Source: an uncultured Clostridia bacterium (GTDB taxonomy: Bacteria; Bacillota; Clostridia; TANB77; CAG-508). Taken from it: a stretch of DNA of 64,000 bases. The stretch is from NCBI GenBank assembly GCA_944386715.1, contig CALXCD010000001.1, positions 74,408-138,407 of the forward strand, given 5' to 3'. The position numbers and the translations under genes were made by a program. Shown here piece by piece: positions 49,834-58,881 of the stretch; positions within the stretch are counted from its first letter, which is position 1; every line of letters starts with the position of its first letter. The notes beneath the pieces are model-generated. The model saw only the letters and a program-made list of their open reading frames with translations. It did no database searches and was not told the origin of the DNA.

Positions 49834-50958
49834 ATGAAAAAAGTACTTATTTTTTATGCATCTTACGGAGGTGGTCACTTAAATGCCGCTAAATCTATCT
49901 ATGAATGTATGCAAAAAATGGATAAATCTTTAGATATAGAACTGATTGATTGTATGAAATATGTCAATAAAACCATTGAAAAAGTTACAACAGCAGCTTA
50001 TCGTGAAGCCGCTAAAAAAGCACCTTGGGTCTGGGGAAAAATATATAATGATTCTCAAAAAGGTCCTTTAGCACATCTTTCCTCTAGGTCTAACAAAATC
50101 ATGGCAATTAAATTACTAAAATTATTACGAGAAAAACAACCCGATTTAATCATTTCTACTCATCCTTTTGGTAGTCAAATGTGTAATTATTTAAAAAGAA
50201 AAGGAAAAATCCATTCTAAAATTGCAACTATTATGACAGATTTTGCACCTCATGACCAGTGGCTTGTAGGGCATGAATTTACAGATTATTTCTTTGTAGC
50301 ACATTATAAAATGAAACAATATCTTATCGAAAAAAACATTTCTGAAAAAAAAGTTTTTGTTACAGGGATTCCAATTTCTAGTCGCTTTTTAATAAACTAT
50401 AACAAAAAAGAAATTTTAGAAGAATTTCATTTGTCTGAAAGCAAAAAAACAGTATTATTTTTTGGCGGTGGAGAATTTGGTCTTGGAAAAAATAAAACAG
50501 TAGAAATTTTTAAAAGCTTTGTGGAAAACTTTGATACTCTACAAATAATAGCAATTGCAGGAAAAAACCCAAAAATGAAATCTGCTTTTGAACAAATTGT
50601 AAAAGATAACAATAAATCCGATACTGTTAAAATTTTAGAATATACCAATAAAGTCCCTGAATTAATGGCAATTTCTGATTTAGTAGTAACTAAACCAGGA
50701 GGACTTACAACCAGTGAAAGTTTAGCAAGTAACCTTCCTATGATTGTAATTAACCCTATTCCCGGTCAAGAAGAAGAAAATGCAGAATTTCTGGAAAGCA
50801 ATGGTATTGCTATTTGGATAAAAAAAGACGATAATCCAACAGCAATCTTAAAAGATTTATTTGCTCATCCTTTCAAATTAGCAGAAATGAAAGAAAGTAC
50901 AACTTTGTTAGCACAAAAACATGCTACTGAAAACATTTGTAAAATATTATTAAAATAA
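49834..50958 (+). CDS. MGDG-synthase/UgtP-like diacylglycerol glycosyltransferase
   Basis: 374 aa. ASYGGGHLNAAKSI N-terminal motif. C-terminal GT-B PGGLTTSESLASNLPMIVINPIPGQEEENAEFL. Confidence 0.8.
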   Translation: MKKVLIFYASYGGGHLNAAKSIYECMQKMDKSLDIELIDCMKYVNKTIEKVTTAAYREAAKKAPWVWGKIYNDSQKGPLAHLSSRSNKIMAIKLLKLLREKQPDLIISTHPFGSQMCNYLKRKGKIHSKIATIMTDFAPHDQWLVGHEFTDYFFVAHYKMKQYLIEKNISEKKVFVTGIPISSRFLINYNKKEILEEFHLSESKKTVLFFGGGEFGLGKNKTVEIFKSFVENFDTLQIIAIAGKNPKMKSAFEQIVKDNNKSDTVKILEYTNKVPELMAISDLVVTKPGGLTTSESLASNLPMIVINPIPGQEEENAEFLESNGIAIWIKKDDNPTAILKDLFAHPFKLAEMKESTTLLAQKHATENICKILLK

Positions 50959-50990
50959 GGAGAAGATTTCATAATCTTCTCCTTATTCTT
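50957..50990 (+). terminator. Rho-independent terminator of the glycosyltransferase gene
   Basis: aaggagaagatt-tcat-aatcttctcctt followed by a T-rich tail. Overlaps the stop codon. Confidence 0.7.
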
Positions 50991-51112
50991 ATTGTCTTAG
51001 ACAACAAGGTTCATTTTATCTTATATCAACATAATTTTGTGTTTTTCCTAAATTTATTAATTAATCTATCGTTACCTTTTTCTATCTAGTTTCTTATTAT
51101 ATAAAGAGGTGA

Positions 51113-51319
51113 ATGTATATGTGTACTAATTCTTTATCTGGATGTAATTTACTAGGATTATCTAGCACTCTAGCTATCACATTAAGCCAAAATCTATCTA
51201 CTGAAGAAATTGGAATTCTAGGAGCATTTTTTACCTCTCTTGGAGATAATCTTGCACTACTTGCCATTACAAAATCTTCGGATAACCAAGATAATTGTCA
51301 ATTTGAAAACTTTTCTTAA
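51113..51319 (+). CDS. Small hypothetical protein
   Basis: ORF track, 68 aa, with RBS AAAGAGGTGA. No family recognised. Confidence 0.35.
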   Translation: MYMCTNSLSGCNLLGLSSTLAITLSQNLSTEEIGILGAFFTSLGDNLALLAITKSSDNQDNCQFENFS

Positions 51320-51915
51320 AGTTCTCTTCTTCCCTCTAATGCTTTTGTTAAAGTAATTTCATCTGTATACTCTAAATCTCCTCCTACTGGTATTCCATGA
51401 GCTATTCTAGTCACCTTAATTCCAAGAGGTTTTATCAATTTAGACAAATACATTGCTGTGGCTTCACCTTCTACCCTTGGATTTGTTGCTAAAATTACTT
51501 CTTTTACTTTTCCATCCATTAGTCTTGCTAACAATTCTTTGATTTTTATATCATCTGGTCCAATTCCATTCATAGGAGAAATAGAACCATGTAAAACATG
51601 ATATACTCCTTTAAATTCATGCGTTTTTTCCATCGCAATAATATCTCTAACATCTTCTACCACACAAATAGATGTCTCGTCTCTTCTAGGATTACTACAA
51701 ATACTACAAGGGTCAGTATCTGAAATATTATAGCATTTACTACAATACTTTAAATTTTTCTTTGCATTAACAATAGAAGAAATAAATTCGTTTGTTTCTT
51801 CTTCTGATGCATTTAAAATATAAAAAGCTAGTCTTGCAGCAGTTTTATGTCCAATACTTGGTAATCTTTCAAAACTTTCTATTAACTTTTCAATCGATGG
51901 TGAATACAATGACAT
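51316..51915 (-). CDS. recR: Recombination protein RecR
   Basis: 199 aa. [17 protein letters not shown] HhH. C4 zinc finger [16 protein letters not shown]. Toprim region. Confidence 0.95.
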   Translation of the reverse strand: MSLYSPSIEKLIESFERLPSIGHKTAARLAFYILNASEEETNEFISSIVNAKKNLKYCSKCYNISDTDPCSICSNPRRDETSICVVEDVRDIIAMEKTHEFKGVYHVLHGSISPMNGIGPDDIKIKELLARLMDGKVKEVILATNPRVEGEATAMYLSKLIKPLGIKVTRIAHGIPVGGDLEYTDEITLTKALEGRREL

Positions 51916-52036
51916 TTCTAACTTCCTCCACTATTTATCCATATGGAATATATTTTTTATGCAATAGAAATTTCAAAGAATTTTCCTATCACATAAAAAG
52001 GCATCCTTTTTACTTATTTGAATGCCTTTATTTGCT

Positions 52037-52381
52037 TTACATCAATCCTGGTAAATTAAATTTTCCCATTTGTTCTGCTTGTGCTTGGTCTACTTTTCTT
52101 AAAGCCTCATTTACACAAGTTAAAATTAAATCTTCTAGCATTTCAACATCTTCTGGGTCTACTACTTCTTTATTTAATTTAATCTCTTTTAACAATTTTT
52201 GTCCAGAAACTTTAACACTAACAGCACCTCCACCTGCTGTTGCATCAAATTCTTTACTTGCTAATTCTTCTTGTGATTTTTCCATATCTGCTTGCATTTT
52301 TTTAGCTTCTTTCATTAAACTATTAATATTTAGGCCTCCAAATCCTCCCATTCCTCCTGGGAAACCTCCTCTTTTTGCCAT
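52037..52381 (-). CDS. ybaB: YbaB/EbfC-family nucleoid-associated protein
   Basis: 114 aa, between dnaX and recR. MKEAKKMQADMEKSQEEL pattern. Confidence 0.9.
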   Translation of the reverse strand: MAKRGGFPGGMGGFGGLNINSLMKEAKKMQADMEKSQEELASKEFDATAGGGAVSVKVSGQKLLKEIKLNKEVVDPEDVEMLEDLILTCVNEALRKVDQAQAEQMGKFNLPGLM

Positions 52382-52408
52382 GTTACATTCTCCTTTCTTG
52401 AATTTTTT

Positions 52409-54073
52409 TTAATCTATTACTTGAAAAGGAATACCAGATTCCTTTGCTAAATTTTGAATATCTTCTTCTTGCGTTTTTGGTATTTTAGGCTGAGTATCTG
52501 CCATATATTTAATATGCATTTCCTTTCCACAAGCCATAGATACCAAGTTAGAAATTTCTCTCATATTTTCTTGTTTTTCTAAAACTGTTTTTCCAAAAGA
52601 TGTCAAACCATTTGGAAATTGTATTCCTACCGTCATATCATTTAATTCAACAGCATGTGTATGCATCAAATTAGTATATAAAACAATTTTTCCACTTTGC
52701 TTCAACTGGTTAACAATTTGTGGCCAATATTCTTCCACTTTATTAGAAAACTTTTTAGTAGCAGTCGAAACTTTCGTATTATGATTAGATGTATTTACTT
52801 GATTCGTAGGACTAACGGAAGTAGCAGTCACTCTAACAGCTGTATTAGGTAAGGAATTATCTTGAGAAGATATATTCGTTGTTTTCATAGATTTCAAATA
52901 TTGTTCTATTTTTTGCACTCTTTCTTCTAAATTTTTATTCTCCCCTACTGTATCATTTGTGCTAATAAATTGTTTTTCTACTTTCGTATTTTCTTGTCTT
53001 TGACAACAAAGCTTTATGATTCCAGCTTGGAACATAATCACCTTTTGTGTAGACCATTTTAGATTATTTTCTAATTCAGATAATTCATAAATAATAGAAA
53101 TAAGTTTTTCTTTTGAAACTTTTTGTGATAATTCTTGTATTTTTTCAAGTTCTTCTGGACTATATAAATCTAATTTTCCTGCTGTTTGAAATACCAAAAC
53201 ATCTTTTACATATTTTATCAATTCCCACAAAAAATTAACAATATCTTTTCCTTCATTCAAAACTTCATCTATACTTTTTAATGCTTTTTCTACATCATAT
53301 TGTATGATAGCTTCTGTTAAATGATGAATATATGTTATTTTTGGAATTCCTACTAAATCTTTAATTTTGTCCTCATCTATTTTATTCTCTCCATCTTGAA
53401 TACATCTTTCTAAAATAGATAAAGCATCTCTCATAGCACCTTCTGACAAGACCGCAATAATCTGCATTGCCCCTGCTGTAATTTCAATATTACTTTCCTC
53501 ACATACAATCTTTAATCTTTTAATAATATCTTCATTAGAAATTCTCTTAAAATCAAATCTTTGACATCTAGAAAGAATTGTCGCTGGTAATTTTTGTGGT
53601 TCCGTAGTTGCTAAAATAAATTTAACATGTTCAGGTGGTTCTTCTAAAGTTTTTAACAAAGCATTAAAAGCCCCTGTAGAAAGCATATGAACCTCGTCTA
53701 TAATATAAACTCTAAATTTTGCCTTTGTTGGTAAAAAATTCACTTCTTCACGAATGCTTCTAATATCTTCCACACTATTATTAGAAGCAGCATCCATTTC
53801 CACAATATCTGTTAAAGAGCCAGAAATTGCTCCCCTACAAATTTCACACTCATTACATGGTTCTCCGTCTTTTGGATTTAAACAATTAATTGCCCTTGCT
53901 AATATTTTAGCTGCTGAAGTTTTCCCAGTTCCTCTTCCTCCATTGAATAAATAAGCATGTCCCACTCTATTTGCAATAATTTGATTTTTTAATGTTCTAG
54001 TAATATGTTCTTGACCTACCATTTCAGAGAAACATAAAGGTCTAAATTTTCTATAAAGAGCTGTGTACCCCAT
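52409..54073 (-). CDS. dnaX: DNA polymerase III subunit gamma/tau
   Basis: 554 aa. YRKFRPLCFSEMVGQEHI, GGRGTGKTSAAKILARAINC, zinc module CNECEIC, DEVHMLS. Confidence 0.95.
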   Translation of the reverse strand: MGYTALYRKFRPLCFSEMVGQEHITRTLKNQIIANRVGHAYLFNGGRGTGKTSAAKILARAINCLNPKDGEPCNECEICRGAISGSLTDIVEMDAASNNSVEDIRSIREEVNFLPTKAKFRVYIIDEVHMLSTGAFNALLKTLEEPPEHVKFILATTEPQKLPATILSRCQRFDFKRISNEDIIKRLKIVCEESNIEITAGAMQIIAVLSEGAMRDALSILERCIQDGENKIDEDKIKDLVGIPKITYIHHLTEAIIQYDVEKALKSIDEVLNEGKDIVNFLWELIKYVKDVLVFQTAGKLDLYSPEELEKIQELSQKVSKEKLISIIYELSELENNLKWSTQKVIMFQAGIIKLCCQRQENTKVEKQFISTNDTVGENKNLEERVQKIEQYLKSMKTTNISSQDNSLPNTAVRVTATSVSPTNQVNTSNHNTKVSTATKKFSNKVEEYWPQIVNQLKQSGKIVLYTNLMHTHAVELNDMTVGIQFPNGLTSFGKTVLEKQENMREISNLVSMACGKEMHIKYMADTQPKIPKTQEEDIQNLAKESGIPFQVID

Positions 54074-54117
54074 CCTTTCACATCCTTTATATAAGATACA
54101 AAAAGTATGAATTTTAA

Positions 54118-54236
54118 TCTTTCTATGGAAAGCATCTCACATAAAGATAACTACTTATTGCTGCTTCCTTCCGGACCTGACAAGGTTCATAGGTCTTTAT
54201 TGAAATACTCTCCATACAAAGATTAACTCTCATACC
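54118..54236 (-). ncRNA. ffs: Signal recognition particle RNA (small, 4.5S-like form)
   Basis: The minus strand contains the conserved domain IV sequence GUCAGGUCCGGAAGGAAGCAGC (54181..54160). It is closed by the long helix ucuuuguauggagag.../...cuuuccauagaaaga (54222..54118). Located immediately upstream of dnaX, as in Bacillus subtilis. The exact ends are uncertain. Confidence 0.8.
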
Positions 54237-54242
54237 TTTTGT

Positions 54243-54271
54243 ATTATATAATGATTTTAAAAAATTAGCAA
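54243..54271 (-). promoter_or_regulatory. Sigma-A-type promoter for SRP RNA
   Basis: Minus strand: TTGCTA, 17-nt spacer, TATAAT (cTTGCTAattttttaaaatcattaTATAATac). Confidence 0.55.
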
Positions 54272-54334
54272 GTATCTTTTTGAATTTTATGAAGTAATTA
54301 TTACTCTTTAATGGTTTCCACCTACTACTAAAAA

Positions 54335-54457
54335 GTATTGATATATTAATATTATTTGGCAAAACATATCTGGGGTATAACAATCCGGGTCTTGCCTGTA
54401 AAATATTAATATATCAATACTTTTAGTATTCATTTTCAAATCATGAACTAGTAACAA
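54335..54457 (-). repeat. MITE-like palindromic repeat, copy F (subtype 1, reverse orientation)
   Basis: gtattgatatattaatatt ... GGGGTATAACAATCCGGGTCTTGCCTG ... aatattaatatatcaatac, plus the flank aactagtaacaa (reverse complement of the TTGTTACTAGTT flank of copies A and C). Confidence 0.85.
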
Positions 54458-54464
54458 ATAATTA

Positions 54465-55232
54465 TTACTCCTGTACACGTTTAAAAATAAATTCTTTTAA
54501 ATCTGTTCTTTCTGAAGAAGCCACACCATCTTCAATTACATTTTCATTTGGCAAATCCAAAGTTATTGTAGTCTTATATTCCTTCTTACTTTCTAATTTA
54601 ATTGTTAAGTCAAAAGTCAATTTTACTTTAATATCTTCTAATGTCACATTTGCCTTTTTTAACAATTCCGTATGTAAAATCTGTTCCTCATCTGATTTAA
54701 ATTCTGCCAAATTATCATAAGAACAACGAAAAGCAACTAAACCTCCTTGATTAGAAATTTTTAATGCCTTTAAATCAGACTCTACATCACCTAAATATTC
54801 TAATTTATCCACCCTATTTTCTTCTTTATTTTTAAAAATCACTTTTTCCTCTTCTGTATCAGGTCGATAAATCTTAATTTTTTCTTTTTCTTTTGCCTCT
54901 ACTTGTAGATTATCAATACAAACAGATTGAATAATTTCTGTTTTTTCATAATCACTATTCTTATCTATATATAAATAAATATCATTACTTTGATAAACAT
55001 CAAAAGCCCATTTTGTATCTACTGCTTCTTTATCTACACCTTCACAAGAACTAATCACAGAGATTTTAGATAATGTAAAAGGCATATTCGTTTCTCCTTC
55101 AACATGATATCGTAACACTAACATTCCCACTGTACAAATAATAACAGTAATAATAATGATTAACATGACAATATGAAAAGATTTCTTATTCGTTAACTCT
55201 TTTAATTTTTCTTTCACATTTCCCTCCATCAT
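54465..55232 (-). CDS. Hypothetical membrane-anchored protein, translationally coupled to tadA
   Basis: 255 aa with a single N-terminal TM helix (HIVMLIIIITVIICTVGMLVL). ATGA overlap with the tadA stop. Confidence 0.6.
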   Translation of the reverse strand: MMEGNVKEKLKELTNKKSFHIVMLIIIITVIICTVGMLVLRYHVEGETNMPFTLSKISVISSCEGVDKEAVDTKWAFDVYQSNDIYLYIDKNSDYEKTEIIQSVCIDNLQVEAKEKEKIKIYRPDTEEEKVIFKNKEENRVDKLEYLGDVESDLKALKISNQGGLVAFRCSYDNLAEFKSDEEQILHTELLKKANVTLEDIKVKLTFDLTIKLESKKEYKTTITLDLPNENVIEDGVASSERTDLKEFIFKRVQE

Positions 55233-55705
55233 TTATGAGACATTCCCTTTTTCACTTTTCTCAACATTTTAAAAAAATCTTTTAATTTATTTTCACATTC
55301 TTCTTGTAAAATTCCTGTTTCGTATTCCACTTTATGATTAAAAGTATAATCATCTAATAAATTAAAAACAGAACCACATGCTCCTGTTTTTTCATCTAAT
55401 GCTCCTATATATACTTTCTTTATTCTTGCCTGAATCATCGCTCCTGCACACATAGAACAGGGTTCTAATGTTACATACATTTCACAATCCAGTAATCGCC
55501 ATGACTGTAATTTTTTACTAGCCTTTTGTATAGCTAATATCTCTGCATGTTTTGTGGTATCTTGTTTCGTTTCTTTTAAATTATGTGCTTTTGCAATAAT
55601 TTTGCCATCTTTAACAATCACACATCCTACCGGTACTTCTAATTTATCAAATGCTTTTTGTGCTTCTTTTAATGCCTCTTTCATAAACTTTTGCTGTTCT
55701 GTCAT
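55229..55705 (-). CDS. tadA: tRNA-specific adenosine deaminase TadA
   Basis: 158 aa. HAEILAI and PCSMCAGA zinc-binding deaminase motifs. Conserved position near ffs-dnaX. Confidence 0.9.
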   Translation of the reverse strand: MTEQQKFMKEALKEAQKAFDKLEVPVGCVIVKDGKIIAKAHNLKETKQDTTKHAEILAIQKASKKLQSWRLLDCEMYVTLEPCSMCAGAMIQARIKKVYIGALDEKTGACGSVFNLLDDYTFNHKVEYETGILQEECENKLKDFFKMLRKVKKGMSHK

Positions 55706-55743
55706 TCATAACCTCTTTCTCTTTTTTAGATAACTATGTTATT

Positions 55744-55819
<76 letters not shown>

Positions 55820-55923
55820 ATGTATAGAAATATCTTACACCATTTTCACTTGTTTGTCAATGAAAGAAAGCTCTCTTTTATACCCCCTTGACATCCTTTG
55901 ATATAATAAAATAGGTGATGAAA

Positions 55924-56625
55924 ATGCAAAGAATATTAAGCCATTTTAGAAAGGCAATTGAAGAATATAAAATGATAGAAGAAGGAGATAAAATTGCAGT
56001 ATGTTTATCTGGTGGAAAAGATTCCATTACCATGTTGCAAGCTTTTAAAGCTTTACAAAGATTTTATCCTAAAAAATTTGAACTTATCGCAATTAGTATA
56101 GACCCTGGATTTGATTTTTTTAATACAGACTTTTTAAATACCATTTGTAAGCCATTAGAAATTCCATTATTTATTGAAAAAAGTAATGCAAAAGAAATTG
56201 TGTTTGACATTAGGAAAGAAAAAAATCCTTGTTCACTGTGTGCCAATTTACGTAGAGGAGTAATTAATTCTATTGCTATCCGAGAAGGATGTAATAAAAT
56301 AGCTCTAGGTCACAACCAAGATGACGTATTAGAAACCTTTTTATTAAATCTTTTATACACCGGAAGTATTAACACATTCTCCCCTGTTAGCTATATGGAC
56401 AGATCGCAAATCACATTAATCAGACCTTTAATTTATACACCAGAAAAAGAAATTAAAAGATATGTGAAAAAAAATAATATTTCTGTGATGCCAAAAGTTT
56501 GTCCTATGGATGGCGTATCTAAAAGAGAAGACATGAAACAACTCATTTTTTCTCTAAGTAAAAATATTCCTATGGTTCGTGCTAACTTATTCGGTGCCAT
56601 TCAAAGAAATTTAAAAGATTGGTAG
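55924..56625 (+). CDS. TtcA-family PP-loop ATPase (tRNA 2-thiocytidine synthase-like)
   Basis: The ORF track starts at GTG 55915. ATG 55924 follows AGGTGA. PP-loop CLSGGKDS. Cys motifs CSLCANLRRG and CPMD. Confidence 0.8.
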   Translation: MQRILSHFRKAIEEYKMIEEGDKIAVCLSGGKDSITMLQAFKALQRFYPKKFELIAISIDPGFDFFNTDFLNTICKPLEIPLFIEKSNAKEIVFDIRKEKNPCSLCANLRRGVINSIAIREGCNKIALGHNQDDVLETFLLNLLYTGSINTFSPVSYMDRSQITLIRPLIYTPEKEIKRYVKKNNISVMPKVCPMDGVSKREDMKQLIFSLSKNIPMVRANLFGAIQRNLKDW

Positions 56626-56681
56626 GCAATGGTTCCAGGTTTGAATGCCAATTTTTTGGCATTCAAACCTGGAACCATTGC
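56626..56681. repeat. Long perfect hairpin repeat, copy 2 (bidirectional terminator between the TtcA-like gene and phosphoglucomutase)
   Basis: gcaatggttccaggtttgaatgccaa-tttttt-ggcattcaaacctggaaccattgc. Occupies almost the whole convergent gap. Confidence 0.85.
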
Positions 56682-56686
56682 TAAGT

Positions 56687-58414
56687 TTATCCTCTAACAC
56701 AAGCTTCCATCGCTTCTCTCAATTCCTTTAATTTTTTATCTGCGTCTTCATTACTAGAACCCTTTACTCCCATATATAACTTGATTTTTGGTTCTGTACC
56801 AGAAGGCCTTACACAACACCAGCTATTATCTTCTAAAGCATAATATAAAACATTAGAAGTAGGTAATCCCGTTTTCGTTATTTCACCTGTTTTCATATCT
56901 TTTACAATATCTTTTTCAATATCTTTAAATGTTAATACTTGATAATTTCCAATTTTTTTGATTTCACTATTTCTCATTTTAGTCATCATATCTTTAATCT
57001 CTTGTGCTCCTTGTGGACCTTCTCTTACAATAGAAACTTGAGCTTCTTTATAATATCCGTATTTTTCATAAATATCTTGCATTGCATCCCACAAAGTCTT
57101 TCCTTTAGATTGATAATAACATGCAGCTTCACAAAGAGCCATAACTGCTGCAATTCCATCTTTATCTCTAGCATAATCTCCAATTAAACAACCATAACTT
57201 TCTTCAAATCCAAATACATAAGTTTTATCATGATTTTCTTCTGCTTTTTTCATGACTGCTCCGATATTTTTAAAACCTGTTAGAACTTCAATACATTCTA
57301 AATGATAATATTTTGCGATTGCTTTTGCTAAATCAGAAGAAACAACAGTTGTAATAAACATACCATTGTCAGGTAATATTCCTTTTTCCTGCATTTGAGA
57401 AATTCTATATTCTGCAATTAAAAGTGCTGACATGTTTCCTGTATATTCCATATATTCACCAGTTTTAGTATCTTTTGCAAATATTCCCAATCTGTCTGCA
57501 TCAGGGTCAGTTGCAAGCACAACATCTGCATCTACTTTTTTAGCTAACTCTAATGCCAATTTAAATGCCTTTTTATCTTCTGGATTTGGATAATCTACTG
57601 TTGGAAAATTCCCATCTGGCTCTTTTTGCTCTGGTACCACATAAACATTAGCTAGTCCTAATTCTTTTAATAACCTTTCAGCTATAGTATTTCCTGTCCC
57701 ATGTAAAGGAGTATATACAACCTTTAATTTTTTCCCTTCCTCTTTCATAATTTCAGGATTTAATACTGCATTTTTTAAAACTGTTAAATATTTTTCATCC
57801 ATTTCTGTCCCAATTATTTTTAATAAACCTTTTTCTTCCGCTTCTTCTTTCGTTATTTTTTTAATTTCTGAAAAGCTCTTAATATCTCTTACTTTTTGAA
57901 TAATATCCTTATCTCTTGGAGCTACAATTTGAGCACCATCATCCCAATATACCTTATACCCATTATATTTTGGAGGATTATGACTTGCTGTAATCATAAC
58001 TCCTGCTGTACATCCTAAAGTTCTTACAGCAAAAGATAACTCTGGAACTGGTCTCAAATTTTCAAATAAATACGCAGTAATTCCATTGGCACACAAAATT
58101 AATGCTGTTTGCATACTAAATTCCTTTGACATTTTTCTAGAATCATAACTAATAGCCACTCCTTTTTCTTGTGTTCCCTGCTCCAAAATATAATTAGCAA
58201 GTCCTTGTGTTGCTTTTCCTACTGTATAAGGATTCATTCTATTGGTACCAGCTCCTATAATTCCTCTAAGACCTGCTGTACCAAATTCAAGTTCTTTGTA
58301 AAATCTATCTTCTATCTCCTCTTTATCGTCTTTAATAGCTAATAATTCTTTTTTGGTTTCTTCGTCAAACTCTGGGCTCTCACACCATTTTTTGTATTCT
58401 TCTAAATAATCCAT
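56687..58414 (-). CDS. Phosphoglucomutase/phosphomannomutase-family phospho-sugar mutase
   Basis: ORF track 56687..58441. ATG 58414 has the best RBS spacing (GGAAAGGatgatgaaaATG). Active-site ITASHNPPKYNGYKV. Mg loop TDPDADRLG. Confidence 0.9.
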   Translation of the reverse strand: MDYLEEYKKWCESPEFDEETKKELLAIKDDKEEIEDRFYKELEFGTAGLRGIIGAGTNRMNPYTVGKATQGLANYILEQGTQEKGVAISYDSRKMSKEFSMQTALILCANGITAYLFENLRPVPELSFAVRTLGCTAGVMITASHNPPKYNGYKVYWDDGAQIVAPRDKDIIQKVRDIKSFSEIKKITKEEAEEKGLLKIIGTEMDEKYLTVLKNAVLNPEIMKEEGKKLKVVYTPLHGTGNTIAERLLKELGLANVYVVPEQKEPDGNFPTVDYPNPEDKKAFKLALELAKKVDADVVLATDPDADRLGIFAKDTKTGEYMEYTGNMSALLIAEYRISQMQEKGILPDNGMFITTVVSSDLAKAIAKYYHLECIEVLTGFKNIGAVMKKAEENHDKTYVFGFEESYGCLIGDYARDKDGIAAVMALCEAACYYQSKGKTLWDAMQDIYEKYGYYKEAQVSIVREGPQGAQEIKDMMTKMRNSEIKKIGNYQVLTFKDIEKDIVKDMKTGEITKTGLPTSNVLYYALEDNSWCCVRPSGTEPKIKLYMGVKGSSNEDADKKLKELREAMEACVRG

Positions 58415-58508
58415 TTTCATCATCCTTTCCTTAAATTTCAAAATTTATTTCTTGTATATATTATCACAAATAGAAAAAGGATGAAAGAGTAATCTAGAAA
58501 TAAATAAT

Positions 58509-58551
58509 AAAAAAAGACAAACCCTTTCCTCTTTTGCATAAGGAAAGGGTT
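58509..58551 (-). terminator. Rho-independent terminator of 58568..58771
   Basis: Minus strand: aaccctttcct-tatgcaaaag-aggaaagggtt, followed by a T-run. Confidence 0.7.
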
Positions 58552-58567
58552 AATAGATATTAAAACA

Positions 58568-58771
58568 TTACAATGTCTTAATTCGAGAGATTTGTCCTTT
58601 TAGATATCCTTTTGGAAGAGCATAAATACCTTCAATTTTTTCAAGTTCATCCTCACATGAAGGCAATTCAAATGGGCCATAAAACATACCATCAATGGTA
58701 ATGTAGTTCTTTCCGCCTAGCATTTCTGCCATGATGGTGTGTGTTCTGTAAAAAGATGTCCGTTGCTTCAT
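58568..58771 (-). CDS. Small hypothetical protein (contains an in-frame CGG at codon 4)
   Basis: 67 aa with RBS AGGAG 9 nt upstream and its own terminator. ATG AAG CAA CGG ACA. Confidence 0.45.
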   Translation of the reverse strand: MKQRTSFYRTHTIMAEMLGGKNYITIDGMFYGPFELPSCEDELEKIEGIYALPKGYLKGQISRIKTL

Positions 58772-58881
58772 ATATAATATCTCCTCTCTATGATTTAATC
58801 AAAAAAGATTGTAACATAATTCGACATAAAAGTCAAAAAAATCATAAAAAAAGAGACTACTTGGTCTCTTTCACATTTCAT

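Noticed and set aside
51792-52412. A 206-aa plus-strand ORF, and many other 60-140-aa ORFs antisense to or out of frame with large genes (for example 1528..1815, 3772..4008, 14073..14492, 18855..19274, 20325..20597, 33225..33602, 35822..36067, 61918..62166)
   Set aside because: They lie entirely inside confidently identified genes on the opposite strand or in another frame. Their translations are low-complexity F/L/I/S-rich sequences typical of AT-rich antisense frames.
55861-55914. TTGACA upstream of the TtcA-like gene as a promoter -35
   Set aside because: The best -10-like hexamers are only 8-12 nt away, which is the wrong spacing for a sigma-A promoter, so it is not reported.
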